In this document: positions 1 to 11,266 of the stretch, in pieces
How the letters are laid out: each line of letters opens with the position of its first letter
Numbering within the stretch: position 1 is the first letter of the stretch
Assembly (NCBI GenBank): GCA_044374225.1
Contig: JBILOX010000006.1
Location: forward strand, 12,861-76,860
Direction: 5' to 3'
DNA length: 64,000 nucleotides
Origin: Crocinitomicaceae bacterium
GTDB taxonomy: Bacteria; Bacteroidota; Bacteroidia; Flavobacteriales_D; Crocinitomicaceae
Translations under genes and position numbers: made by a program
The notes under the pieces: model-generated
Databases searched by the model: none
The model's input: only the letters and a program-made list of their open reading frames with translations
Told to the model about the DNA's origin: nothing

Positions 1-1
1 A

Positions 2-3000
2 GGAAATATCTCTGCGTTTTCTACTGTAAACTCAGGCGCTACTCCTGTTGTTGCAACAATTACTGTTACTCCTACCGCTAACAATTGTTCTGGAAATCCT
101 ATTTCTTTTACAATAACCGTCAACCCTACTCCTCAAGTATTAAACTTGAACAACTTAACGGTATGTCCTCAAGCAATTGTTCCTGCCAATGTATTGACAT
201 CCAATGTTGCCGGCGCAACCTATTCTTGGAATGTAAGTAATTCCAATCTTGGATTAACACCAATCAGTGGAACAACGAACAGCATCCCTGGATTTACTGC
301 TATCAACAATACCACATCACCTGTCACCGGAACAGTAACAATAACACCAAGTGTTTTATTAAATGGTGTAACATGTGCTGGATCACCTGCAACGTATACT
401 ATAACGGTTAATCCAAAACCAACAATGACTCCATACAACCCACAACTATTTGTGTTTTGTGAGGCTACTACTGCAACCGTCAATTTTAACTCCAACATTG
501 CAACAAATATGTCTTATTCATGGACAAATGATAATACTGCCATTGGAATAGGAGCTTCCGGAACAAGTAACTCGCCGGGTGCAGGGCTGTCATTTACAGC
601 TGTGAATAATTCTAATCAACCATTGACATCCAATTTTATAGCAACTCCGTTTTATACCAATAATGGAGTTTCTTGTCCTGGAAATCCCGTTTCGTTTGCT
701 ATCACGATCAATCCGTTACCTGATGTAATTCCGCTTAATTCATATACAATTTGTGCGACTAGCACAGGTTCAAACTTATATTCAAGTTTGAATCCTATTA
801 TTGGTTTAGGAACAACCTATGTGTGGACGAATTCAAATCCCGCAATTGGAATGATTTCTTCTGGCACGGGATCAAACTTTTTTACAGCTACTAATACAAC
901 ACTGAATCCTATTTCAGGATTAATTACTGTAACACCTACCTATACAAATAATAACGTTTCATGCACTGGTGCGCCAATCACCTTTACTATAACCGTTACT
1001 CCAATGCCAACAGTTGATCCAATTGCCAATCAAAGTTTGTGTGTTGGAAGTTCGACCACAGCAGTGATTCCAACGGGTACAATTCCAAATACTGTTTTCA
1101 CATGGAATAATGGAAATACAACAACGGGACTTGGAGCTAATGGACTCGGAACAATTCCCTCTTTTATTGGGATAAACTCTACCAATCAACCAAATGTTTC
1201 AACCATCAATGTAATTCCAAGTTATACTTTTAACAATATTACCTGTACGGGAACTGCAGGACAATTTGGAATAACGGTAAACCCAACTCCAATTTTGGAT
1301 ACAATTATTGACAATCAAGTTTGTTCAGGTAGCAATGTAAACGTTACTTTTAGTTCAGTCTCGAATATTGTAGGAACTACGTATCAATGGTCCAATTCAA
1401 ATCCAAACATCGGTTTAAGTTCTTCAGGAAATGGAAACGTGTCTTTTAATGCAATTAACACAACCAATTCTTCAATTACAGGGCAAATTACCGTTACACC
1501 GAGCTATACCAATGCAGGAATCACATGTACGGGCAATACAAGAACATTCAATATTACAATTTTACCAACTCCAACCGTATCTTCTATCAATGATCAAACA
1601 TTATGCAGCGGAGGAAATACGAATCAAATTAATTTTACTTCCAACTTACCAGGTACTATTTTCGATTGGACAAATTCAAATAATTCAATAGGCTTATCTT
1701 CCAATGGAACAGGCTCAATTGCAAGTTTTGTCACAACTAATTCGGGGACACAGCCAATTCAAGGAATAATTTCTGTTTCTCCCTCTTTATCGACAAATAA
1801 TCAAACATGCACTGGGTCCGCTGTAACTGGAACTTTAACGGTCAACCCAATTCCGGTTATGACACCTATTAGTAGTCAATCATTTTGTCAAGGAGCATCC
1901 GTTAATTTAGTTTTAAATTCAAACCTAACATCTAATGTAGTTTATAACTGGACAAATTCAAATAACGCTATTGGATTAGGGTCTTCAGGGACAGGAAATA
2001 TAAATTTTACGGCATTGAATTCATCAAATAATTCAATAAGCAGCGTCATTAGTGTAACTCCAGTTTATGCTTTTAATGGCGTATTATGTTCAGGAATTCC
2101 ATTGGTTTTCAATATTCAAGTAGTTCCCGCTCCAACTGTAAACCCAATAACCGATCTTGTTTATTGTAATAATACCTTAACAAATCCAATTTCATTTGGA
2201 AGTAATGTTTTAAACACCACCTTTTCATGGGTAAATGGTAATACCAATATTGGCTTGACTTCAAGTGGATCTGGAACTGTACCTGGATTTACAGCAACTA
2301 ATTCAAGTTCAAATTCACCCCTTTCCTCAATTGTATCTGTAACACCAACCCTTTCAACGGGCGGATCAACTTGTACTGGTCAAACCGCAAATTTTACAAT
2401 TACGGTAAATCCTACCACAACGGTTACAGCAATTCCACCTGTTACTTTGTGCAATGGAGCAAACAGTTCAACAATTAATTTTTCTGGTACAGGAAATGCT
2501 TACGCATGGAGTAATAACAATACCTCTATTGGTCTAGCGGCATCTGGAATAGGAAATATAACCCCATTTATTGCTAGCAATTCAGGTACGGCTCCAATAA
2601 CATCCACCATTTCAGTTTTATCGCAATATTCAGGCGGAGGAATCACATGTAATGGAGCAAATAGCACATTTTCAATAACTGTAAATCCAAGTCCATCTGT
2701 CACCCCACCAACGAATCAAATTTTATGTAACGGTTCAACATCGAACTTACTAAGTTTAACAGGAAATGCAACAAATTATACGTGGACAAATTCACTTCCA
2801 AGCATTGGATTAGCTAATTCTGGCTCTGGTGACATTCCTATTTTTACTGCTATTAACACAACAAATAATCCAGTTGTGGCGACAGTTATTATCACTCCTA
2901 TTTATCTATTTGGGAACGCATCCTGTAATGGACCTACTCAAAGTTTTACGTTTACTGTAAATCCAGCTCCAGCAGTAACTTTTAGTTCCGGAAATCAAAC

Positions 3001-6000
3001 AATTTGTTCAAGTTCAACAAGCAATCAGGTTACAATTTCCTCTTCAACGAACAACGCGCTTATTTCTTGGACAGCAACGAATGTTCCAGCCAGTATTTCT
3101 GGTTTGAATGCAACATCAGGAAATAACTCTATACCGAGTTTCAGTTTAGTTAATTCCTCCACGAGCCCTCAAACAATTACCTTATTAGCAAACGCAACAA
3201 CTTCAGGTAATCTCAGTTGTCCCGGTGGTGGAACACCTTATACGATTACAGTAAACCCACCGGCTACTATAAATCCAATAAGTGATCAAGTGATTTGTGC
3301 GGGAACCTCAACTTCCGCAGTAACTTTTGCAGGAAATGCGACAAATTATATTTGGTCAAACAATACCAATACTATTGGATTGGGTTCTTCTGGAAGTGGA
3401 AATATCCCTGTATTTCAGGTAATCAATGGAGGAAATTCAGTTGTAACAGCGACAATTTCTGCCACACCTCAATTTATTAATAATAATGTTACATGTAATG
3501 GAATTCCTGTAAATTTCACAATTACCGTAAATCCAACACCAATAGTTAATGCTATTTCAAACCTCACGATTTGTAATACCTCAACTACTCAACCAATAGC
3601 TATTACTGGAACAGGAACAACCTATAATTGGACAAATTCTAATACTCAAATTGGATTAGGATCAAATGGTATAGGGGATATCAATTCTTTTGTTGCTATA
3701 AATTCAACAAATACTCCCGTAACCTCATCCATTAGTGTGGTGCCAACTTTTACAAATAATGGCGTATCATGTCCTGGTTCACCATTACTTTTTTCAATTA
3801 CTGTTAATCCTACTCCAACGATAAATACAATGAACAACCAAGTAGTTTGTAATGGAGCAAATACAAATGCCATTCAATTTACTGGAACTGGAACATCATA
3901 CAGTTGGTCAAATTCAAATTCAGGAATTAATCTGGCTATTTCAGGAACAGGAAATATTCCTGTTTTCTCAGCAACGAATTCAACTGCAGTTCCATTAATT
4001 GGAACACTTACAGTTACTCCCGTTTATACAAACAATAATGTTGCATGTAACGGAAACGCGATAACAGCCACAATAACAGTTAACCCAACACCTAGTTTGA
4101 ATGTCCCGGTAAATCAAGTAATTTGCAATGGTACATCTACGAGCCAAATTGTATTTTCAGGAACAGGAACATCCTATAATTGGACCAATAGCAATTCATC
4201 TATAGGTTTAAATTCAGTAGGAACCGGAACGATAAATTCTTTTACAGGTATTAATAATTCAGTCAGTGCCATTTCTGGACAAATTAGTGTTACGCCAATT
4301 TTTTTAGGAAATTCCGTTTCATGTTCTGGTGTACCACAGTTGTTTAGTATCACTATTAATCCATCGCCATCTGTTGTTGACCCTGCAGATCAAGTAATTT
4401 GCAATGGTTTGCCAACTAATGCAATAAATTTCTCTGGAAATGGATCATCGTATAATTGGACTAATGATAATTCCGCAATAGGGCTTCCAGCATCAGGTAC
4501 AGGCAATATAGGTAGCTTTAATGCTCTAAATACTACAACTGCCCCAATTACTGCAACCATAACGGTTCAACCCATATTTACCGGTGGAAACTTAAGTTGT
4601 CCAGGAATCAATCAAACATTCACAATTACAGTAAATCCAACACCTACGTTAAATACGCTTTCCAATCAAGTAGTTTGCAGCAGTTCTTCCACGAGTCCAA
4701 TTTTGTTTAGTGGGAATAGCTCTGCATTTTCATGGGTAAATAACACTCCAAATATTGGTTTATCAGCAAATGGAACGGGAAATATTGCAGCATTTACGGC
4801 TTTAAATTCCAGTAATTCAACCACATTAATTGGAACTATTACAGTAACACCACAATATACCAATGGCGGACTAACCTGTAACGGTACCAGTCAGCAACTA
4901 ACAATTACTGTTAATCCAACACCAATTGTTTCATCGGTTCCGGATATTACACTTTGTAATGGTTCACTATCTACAGTAATTTCATTTGGAGGAACTGCAA
5001 CATCTTATACTTGGATAAATAATAATTCAACAATTGGATTGGCAACCAATGGCATTGGAAATATTGCATCTTTTACACCTACAAATTCGGGTATTCAGCC
5101 TGTAGTTGGTTCAATTTCAGTAACTCCAACATACACGGGGAACGGGGTAAATTGTATTGGAAATGATGCTATTTTTAACATTACTATTAACCCAACTCCA
5201 ACCGTTGATGCAATTAGCGATCAAGTGATTTGCAATGGAAGTCCATCGATAAGTGTTGGATTAAGTGGAACTGTTCCTAATACACTATTTAATTGGACAA
5301 ATAACACCCCTTCAATAGGTCTAACAAATAGTGGTACGAGTACTATTCCTTCCTTTAACGGAGTTAATAACTCAACGAATCCTATTATTGCTCAATTAAT
5401 TGCTACGCCGGTTTTTACGAATAATAATGTCTCTTGTGCCGGTACTCCTCAAAATTTCTCTATCACGGTCAATCCAACACCAATCGTCAATTTTAATTTG
5501 TCAAATCAAACGATATGTTCTCAGAATAACAATGCATCTGTTAGCATTAGCTCTCCTACAGCAGGGGCTTCAATTTCATGGAATGTTGTAAGTATTCCTG
5601 CTGATATAAGTGGATTTACATCAACTAGTGGAGGAGCAACCATTCCTTCATTTAATTTAACTAACGCTAGTTCAAGTCCACAAACGATACAACTTATTGC
5701 AAATGCAACAACAGGTGGAAACCTTACTTGTCCAGGTGGTGGTACTCCTTATACAATTACTGTTAATCCTACGCCAATTGTTACGGACCCATCGGATCAA
5801 GTGATTTGCCATAATTCAGCAACTTCAACGGTGATTTTTAGTGGAACTGGAACTTCTTATACTTGGACAAATAATACACCATCTATTGGTTTATCTGCTT
5901 CTGGCCAAGGAAATATAAATTCTTTTTCAGTAATTAATGGGACAAATTCAATTGTAACTGGAACGATAGCCGTTACTCCTCAATATACGTTCAATACTGT

Positions 6001-9000
6001 AACATGTCCAGGGGCAGTAGAGAATTTTTCAATTACCGTAAATCCAATTCCTGTCGTAAATTCTATTTCGAATTCAACTTTTTGCAATGGAACAACAAGC
6101 TCATCCATAGCAATCAACGGAACTGGAACCTCTTATTCGTGGATCAATAGTAATCCATCGATTGGATTAGGCACATCAGGAACAGGAGCAATTTCGCCCT
6201 TTCTAACAACCAATTCCGGAATAACATCTATTAATGGAACCATATCCATTACACCAACTTTTTTAAATGCTGGAGTATCATGTACCGGGAATACTTCAAA
6301 TTTTACAATTACCGTAAACCCAACACCTACTATTAATCCAATTAATAATCAAGTGGTATGTAACAATACATCCACAAGTGCTGTTCTATTCTCGGGTACG
6401 GGAACATCTTACACTTGGTCAAATGATAATCCAACAATTGGGCTTCAAATATCCGGAACAGGAAATATTAGTCCTTTTACAGCCACGAATAGCAGCACAC
6501 AAAACGATGTAATATCAACTGTAATTGCTACTCCAGTTTATACAAATAATTCTGTTTCATGTCTAGGAGCAACCACGTCATTCACCCTAACCGTCAATCC
6601 TACTCCAACGGTTATAGCTCCAAATAATCAAACGGTTTGTAATGGAGGAACAACTTCGCAAATTGTTTTTTCAGGAACAGGTACATCCTACACGTGGACA
6701 AATAGCGATCCTTCTATTTCACTTGCATCAAATGGAACTGGAACGATTAACCAATTTGTAGCAACCAATAATGGCGCTTCTCCAGTAAACGCGCAAATTG
6801 CAGTAACTCCAGTATTTCTAGGGAGTAATATTAGTTGCGCAGGAAATCCACAGAACTTTAGTATTTCTGTTAATCCAACACCAACACTTTTAGATCCAAC
6901 TGATCAAATTGTTTGCAACAACACATTGACGAATGCCGTTAATTTTTCAGGTAATGGAACCTCTTATTCCTGGGTAAATGACAATCCATCAATTGGACTT
7001 TTGGCTGCAGGAACTGGAAATATTTTGGCATTTAATTCAATCAATACTTCTTTAACCCCAATTATTGCAACCATAAGTATTACACCTAATTTCAGCGGTG
7101 GAGCAGCAAGTTGTCCGGGAGTAGGACAATCATTTACAATTACAGTAAATCCAACGCCAAGCTTAACCCAATTAACAAGTGAAGTATTGTGTGATGGCAG
7201 CTCAACTTCGCCGATTATTTTTACAGGCACTGGCACCTCTTATTCATGGACAAATAATACACCAGCGATCAATTTAGCAGCATCTGGGATTGGAGACATT
7301 CCTAGTTTTACAATTGATAACCCAAGCACATCAAATGTTTTAGTTGCAACTATCAGTGCCACTCCTATTTATACAAATGCTGGATTGAATTGTCTAGGAA
7401 ATTCTCAGCAAATGACATTTACAGTAAATCCAACACCTGTAATCACATCAATTTCAAATTTAACCTATTGCAATGCTACAAATACACAGTTAATTAGTTT
7501 TGCTGGAACTGGAACAACTTATAATTGGACAAATAACAATACAACTATAGGTTTAAATACATCAGGGAATGGGAATTCTATAAGTTCTTTTAATGCAATT
7601 AATCAAAGTACTCAAACAGTTAGCTCAACGATTAATGTAACTCCGCAATATGTTGCTAATGGTATAACTTGTCCAGGAAACTCGACCAATTTTACAATTA
7701 CTGTTAATCCCACACCAACGGTTAATCCAATTGCAAATCAATCCCTATGTAATGGAACCTTAACAAATCCAGTAATTTTCACAGGAAATGTTACTAGCAC
7801 AGTATTTAACTGGACAAACAACGTGTCTACAATTGGACTAAGTAATTCGGGCAGTAGTGATATTACATCTTTTAATGGCTTAAATAATGGTACAACGCCA
7901 GTTATCGCTCAAATTAATGTAACACCCATTTTCACAACGAATAATATAAGTTGTCCAGGGAATTCTCAATCGTTTACTTATACGATTAACCCTACTCCAA
8001 GTGTGAATAATCCAGGAAATCAATATTCTTGCGAGGGCGTGAATACAACTAATTTGATTTTTGGAGGAACAGGAAATAGCTACAGTTGGTCTAGTTCCAA
8101 TCAAAGTACTGGAATTCCACAAAATGGATATGATAACATCGCTTCATTTTTAACCCAAAATGGAAGTACGAGTCCTGTTTCAAGTTTAATCACCGTTACA
8201 CCCTATTTTAATGCTTCGCCAGTTTCTTGTCCTGGTGCACCGCAACAATTTTCTTATTTTGTTTTACCTAATCCACAAGTTACACCAATTGTAAATCAAA
8301 ACTATTGTCATCAATCAATTGTTCCAACAACAACAATTACGGGAACAGGAACTTCTTATACTTGGACTAATTCAAATACTTCCACAGGACTTGTTTCTGG
8401 CGGTCAAAACACTGTAAATAGCTTTTCAGGAGTTAATACTTCAGCGATAGCTAATGTTAGTTCTATTGCAGTAATACCTGTTTATTCTTTTCAAGGATTT
8501 TCATGTAATGGTCAAAATTCCAACTATTCGATTACGATTAATCCTCTACCTCATGTAAACGCACTTAATGATACGGTTATTTGTAATTATGAAAGTTTAG
8601 CCGTGAACATTAGTTCAAATATCCCATCTAATTTCACTTGGAATGCGACATCAAACAATAATGTCAATGGAGAATTAACAACAATTCAAACTTCGAATTT
8701 CATAATAGATTCTCTTGCTAATTTATCAAATTCACCACAATTTGTAACCTATACCATTACTCCAACTTCGTTTCCGGAAGGATGCATTGGACCGGATTCT
8801 TCATTTATTGCACAAGTGCAACCTGATGTTGTTTTATCAATCCCTACAAATCTTGAGATTTGTAGTGGGTCACCCGTAAATGCTATTTTGAATGCCAATA
8901 TCCCATCAAATTTTCAATGGTTCGTGTCTATCAATAATCCGAATGTTACGGGTGAATCATTGTTGACAAATACCAATAATGTAATAGGAGATATTTTAAT

Positions 9001-11266
9001 TAATAATGCGAATACTGATCAGGTTGTAATTTATTCAGTGTTTCCAACTTCGATTCAAGGAAATTGTATTGGCGCGGCACAAACCATAACAGTAATCGTA
9101 AAACCTCCACTCGCTTTGTTAAATGTCGACACATTGACAATTTGCAGCAACGACAATGTAAATTTAAATTTAGTGGCGAATACAAATGTCACTTTCAACT
9201 GGTATGCAGATCAGTCACTTAATGTTTTAAATGAGACAACAACCATTACAACATCACCGGTAATTTCTGATGTCTTGGTTAACCCAACTGGTAATGTAGA
9301 AGAAGTTACTTACCATGTAATTGGAACTTCAACTGTAAATGGCTGTTCAAGTCCTATAATTCCGATTACTGTTTTTGTAAATCCATTACCAATTGTTGAT
9401 CCTACACCTGACTTAAATTTATGTCATAATTACTCAAATCCACCAATTCTTTTCACAGGAAATGTTACTGGGGCGATTTACAATTGGACTTCCACCAGTG
9501 TTGCAGTTGGTCTGACTTCATCCAATGGTTCAAACTCTGTTCCTGGATTTACGACTACCAATTTAACCTCATCCCCAATTTCTGCAATTATTGATGTTAA
9601 GCCTATTTATACTAATAATAATGTGTCGTGTATGGGAACGGTTGACCAATTCACGATAACTGTAAATCCTGAACCATCGATTTATCCGTTGCCAAATATT
9701 ACACTTTGTCATGGTTCCCTTTCAAATACGGTTCAAATTGCAGGTCCGATTAGCGGATCTAGCTATACCTGGACAAATTCAAATCCGGCAATTGGACTAG
9801 GAGCTACAGGAACTGGAGATATTCCATCATTCTTTGGCGCTAACTTAACAAATTCATCTATCCAATCTACGATTGAAGTTACCCCAGCTTATATTAATAA
9901 TACAACGACCTGTTATGGTCAAATTAGTACGATTAATGTTACCATACATCCAATGCCTCATGTTTTGAATGGAGATGTTACTATTTGTTCTGGAGAAAAT
10001 ACAAACATAACGTTACAATCTGATATTCCGAGTACGTTTGAATGGCAAGCAATTCCATCCACGGAAGTATATAATGAAACTTCTTACCCCTTGCAAACGA
10101 GTTCTTTAATCTCGGATGATTTGGTTCAATTAGGTAATATACAAGAAGTAGTGCAATATCAAGTAACGCCAATATCTATTCCGTTTGGTTGTGTCGGTCC
10201 TAATTCTACAATTTTTGTTTACGTAAATCCATTACCTTCTGTTAATTTTGCTGCGATTAATCCTCCTTTTTGTGATTTAAATCCTATAGCCTTTCAAAAT
10301 AATTCGATTGGGACGTTGGATTTCATCTGGAGTTTTGGAGATGGAACGCTTTCCTATTTAAATAATCCGACCCATCAATTCCCCTCAGTAGGCAGTTTTA
10401 ATGTACAATTAAATGCAACAAATCCACTTACAGGATGTATAGATAGTTTGGTGCTCCCTATAATTGTTTCTCCTTCTCCTGATGCTAACTTTAATTATTC
10501 AGATTCTATTGGTTGTGATGTGTTAGACGTACTATATTCAGCATCAACCTCTAATCCTGCATGGAATTATTTATGGGATTTTGGAAATGGACAAACCACG
10601 CAGCAAGTTGGTACTGTAGGTTACCAATTTGATCAAGATGGTTGCTACGATGTGAGTCTTACTGTAACGAATAATCAAGGATGTTCATCCTCTGAGACAT
10701 ATTTAAATATTGCTTGTGTTTTTGACAGCCCAATTGCCAGTTTCTACACTGATCAATTGAATATAACTGTAGTCGAACCTCTAGTTTATTTTTATAATGA
10801 ATCTCAAAATACAACATCATTTGAATGGGATTTTGGTGACGGAACCACTGGATTTGCTGAAAATCCAATTCACACTTTTCCAGGAGAAGCGGGAGACTAT
10901 AACGTAATTTTAACTGTGTATAACCAAATTGGTTGTATTGATACCGCATCTTTAATTATCAATGTTTTTCAAGATTTAATTTTTTATGTTCCAAACAGTT
11001 TTACACCTAATGGTGATGAAGAGAATCAGATTTTTCTTCCCATACTTGCCGCAGGATATAAAAAAGACACGTATAGATTAACCATTTATAATCGTTGGGG
11101 GGAAATTGTATTTGAATCGCGAGATGAAAATTTGGGATGGTATGGTTCTTATGGAACTTTAGGAAAAGATTGTCAGATTGGAACTTATACTTGGATTATT
11201 GAAGTTGAAATGTTACAGAGTCAGGAAGTTAAAAAATTTATTGGTCACGTTAATTTAATTAGATAA
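2..11266 (+). CDS. Giant repetitive cell-surface (adhesin-like) protein, 5'-partial (N-terminus upstream of window); T9SS type B (gliding-motility-associated) C-terminal sorting domain
   Basis: Frame 2 is open from nt 2 (GNISAFSTVNSGATPVVATITVTPTANNCSGNPISFTITVNPTPQV precedes the TTG at 146 used by the ORF track), so the CDS runs off the 5' edge. It has at least 33 tandem ~90-aa units with the conserved pattern C-x-G ... Y-x-W-x-N-x-N ... IGL ... G-x-G-x-I ... F ... C-x-G ... F-x-ITVNPTP. A second repeat class occupies ~8.55-10.2 kb. Three PKD-like modules (WSFGDGT, WDFGNGQ, WDFGDGT) lie at ~10.3-10.9 kb. The C-terminus FYVPNSFTPNGDEENQIF...YNRWGEIVFES...GTYTWIIEV resembles the type B T9SS CTD family. 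Confidence 0.9.
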   Translation, partial: GNISAFSTVNSGATPVVATITVTPTANNCSGNPISFTITVNPTPQVLNLNNLTVCPQAIVPANVLTSNVAGATYSWNVSNSNLGLTPISGTTNSIPGFTAINNTTSPVTGTVTITPSVLLNGVTCAGSPATYTITVNPKPTMTPYNPQLFVFCEATTATVNFNSNIATNMSYSWTNDNTAIGIGASGTSNSPGAGLSFTAVNNSNQPLTSNFIATPFYTNNGVSCPGNPVSFAITINPLPDVIPLNSYTICATSTGSNLYSSLNPIIGLGTTYVWTNSNPAIGMISSGTGSNFFTATNTTLNPISGLITVTPTYTNNNVSCTGAPITFTITVTPMPTVDPIANQSLCVGSSTTAVIPTGTIPNTVFTWNNGNTTTGLGANGLGTIPSFIGINSTNQPNVSTINVIPSYTFNNITCTGTAGQFGITVNPTPILDTIIDNQVCSGSNVNVTFSSVSNIVGTTYQWSNSNPNIGLSSSGNGNVSFNAINTTNSSITGQITVTPSYTNAGITCTGNTRTFNITILPTPTVSSINDQTLCSGGNTNQINFTSNLPGTIFDWTNSNNSIGLSSNGTGSIASFVTTNSGTQPIQGIISVSPSLSTNNQTCTGSAVTGTLTVNPIPVMTPISSQSFCQGASVNLVLNSNLTSNVVYNWTNSNNAIGLGSSGTGNINFTALNSSNNSISSVISVTPVYAFNGVLCSGIPLVFNIQVVPAPTVNPITDLVYCNNTLTNPISFGSNVLNTTFSWVNGNTNIGLTSSGSGTVPGFTATNSSSNSPLSSIVSVTPTLSTGGSTCTGQTANFTITVNPTTTVTAIPPVTLCNGANSSTINFSGTGNAYAWSNNNTSIGLAASGIGNITPFIASNSGTAPITSTISVLSQYSGGGITCNGANSTFSITVNPSPSVTPPTNQILCNGSTSNLLSLTGNATNYTWTNSLPSIGLANSGSGDIPIFTAINTTNNPVVATVIITPIYLFGNASCNGPTQSFTFTVNPAPAVTFSSGNQTICSSSTSNQVTISSSTNNALISWTATNVPASISGLNATSGNNSIPSFSLVNSSTSPQTITLLANATTSGNLSCPGGGTPYTITVNPPATINPISDQVICAGTSTSAVTFAGNATNYIWSNNTNTIGLGSSGSGNIPVFQVINGGNSVVTATISATPQFINNNVTCNGIPVNFTITVNPTPIVNAISNLTICNTSTTQPIAITGTGTTYNWTNSNTQIGLGSNGIGDINSFVAINSTNTPVTSSISVVPTFTNNGVSCPGSPLLFSITVNPTPTINTMNNQVVCNGANTNAIQFTGTGTSYSWSNSNSGINLAISGTGNIPVFSATNSTAVPLIGTLTVTPVYTNNNVACNGNAITATITVNPTPSLNVPVNQVICNGTSTSQIVFSGTGTSYNWTNSNSSIGLNSVGTGTINSFTGINNSVSAISGQISVTPIFLGNSVSCSGVPQLFSITINPSPSVVDPADQVICNGLPTNAINFSGNGSSYNWTNDNSAIGLPASGTGNIGSFNALNTTTAPITATITVQPIFTGGNLSCPGINQTFTITVNPTPTLNTLSNQVVCSSSSTSPILFSGNSSAFSWVNNTPNIGLSANGTGNIAAFTALNSSNSTTLIGTITVTPQYTNGGLTCNGTSQQLTITVNPTPIVSSVPDITLCNGSLSTVISFGGTATSYTWINNNSTIGLATNGIGNIASFTPTNSGIQPVVGSISVTPTYTGNGVNCIGNDAIFNITINPTPTVDAISDQVICNGSPSISVGLSGTVPNTLFNWTNNTPSIGLTNSGTSTIPSFNGVNNSTNPIIAQLIATPVFTNNNVSCAGTPQNFSITVNPTPIVNFNLSNQTICSQNNNASVSISSPTAGASISWNVVSIPADISGFTSTSGGATIPSFNLTNASSSPQTIQLIANATTGGNLTCPGGGTPYTITVNPTPIVTDPSDQVICHNSATSTVIFSGTGTSYTWTNNTPSIGLSASGQGNINSFSVINGTNSIVTGTIAVTPQYTFNTVTCPGAVENFSITVNPIPVVNSISNSTFCNGTTSSSIAINGTGTSYSWINSNPSIGLGTSGTGAISPFLTTNSGITSINGTISITPTFLNAGVSCTGNTSNFTITVNPTPTINPINNQVVCNNTSTSAVLFSGTGTSYTWSNDNPTIGLQISGTGNISPFTATNSSTQNDVISTVIATPVYTNNSVSCLGATTSFTLTVNPTPTVIAPNNQTVCNGGTTSQIVFSGTGTSYTWTNSDPSISLASNGTGTINQFVATNNGASPVNAQIAVTPVFLGSNISCAGNPQNFSISVNPTPTLLDPTDQIVCNNTLTNAVNFSGNGTSYSWVNDNPSIGLLAAGTGNILAFNSINTSLTPIIATISITPNFSGGAASCPGVGQSFTITVNPTPSLTQLTSEVLCDGSSTSPIIFTGTGTSYSWTNNTPAINLAASGIGDIPSFTIDNPSTSNVLVATISATPIYTNAGLNCLGNSQQMTFTVNPTPVITSISNLTYCNATNTQLISFAGTGTTYNWTNNNTTIGLNTSGNGNSISSFNAINQSTQTVSSTINVTPQYVANGITCPGNSTNFTITVNPTPTVNPIANQSLCNGTLTNPVIFTGNVTSTVFNWTNNVSTIGLSNSGSSDITSFNGLNNGTTPVIAQINVTPIFTTNNISCPGNSQSFTYTINPTPSVNNPGNQYSCEGVNTTNLIFGGTGNSYSWSSSNQSTGIPQNGYDNIASFLTQNGSTSPVSSLITVTPYFNASPVSCPGAPQQFSYFVLPNPQVTPIVNQNYCHQSIVPTTTITGTGTSYTWTNSNTSTGLVSGGQNTVNSFSGVNTSAIANVSSIAVIPVYSFQGFSCNGQNSNYSITINPLPHVNALNDTVICNYESLAVNISSNIPSNFTWNATSNNNVNGELTTIQTSNFIIDSLANLSNSPQFVTYTITPTSFPEGCIGPDSSFIAQVQPDVVLSIPTNLEICSGSPVNAILNANIPSNFQWFVSINNPNVTGESLLTNTNNVIGDILINNANTDQVVIYSVFPTSIQGNCIGAAQTITVIVKPPLALLNVDTLTICSNDNVNLNLVANTNVTFNWYADQSLNVLNETTTITTSPVISDVLVNPTGNVEEVTYHVIGTSTVNGCSSPIIPITVFVNPLPIVDPTPDLNLCHNYSNPPILFTGNVTGAIYNWTSTSVAVGLTSSNGSNSVPGFTTTNLTSSPISAIIDVKPIYTNNNVSCMGTVDQFTITVNPEPSIYPLPNITLCHGSLSNTVQIAGPISGSSYTWTNSNPAIGLGATGTGDIPSFFGANLTNSSIQSTIEVTPAYINNTTTCYGQISTINVTIHPMPHVLNGDVTICSGENTNITLQSDIPSTFEWQAIPSTEVYNETSYPLQTSSLISDDLVQLGNIQEVVQYQVTPISIPFGCVGPNSTIFVYVNPLPSVNFAAINPPFCDLNPIAFQNNSIGTLDFIWSFGDGTLSYLNNPTHQFPSVGSFNVQLNATNPLTGCIDSLVLPIIVSPSPDANFNYSDSIGCDVLDVLYSASTSNPAWNYLWDFGNGQTTQQVGTVGYQFDQDGCYDVSLTVTNNQGCSSSETYLNIACVFDSPIASFYTDQLNITVVEPLVYFYNESQNTTSFEWDFGDGTTGFAENPIHTFPGEAGDYNVILTVYNQIGCIDTASLIINVFQDLIFYVPNSFTPNGDEENQIFLPILAAGYKKDTYRLTIYNRWGEIVFESRDENLGWYGSYGTLGKDCQIGTYTWIIEVEMLQSQEVKKFIGHVNLIR

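Noticed and set aside
220-10949. Many 60-97-aa antisense or off-frame ORFs inside the giant repeat gene (for example 220-498, 959-1189, 6964-7236, 10659-10949)
   Set aside because: They lie wholly within a long, clearly coding, repeat-structured ORF. They are by-products of low-complexity, stop-poor sequence.
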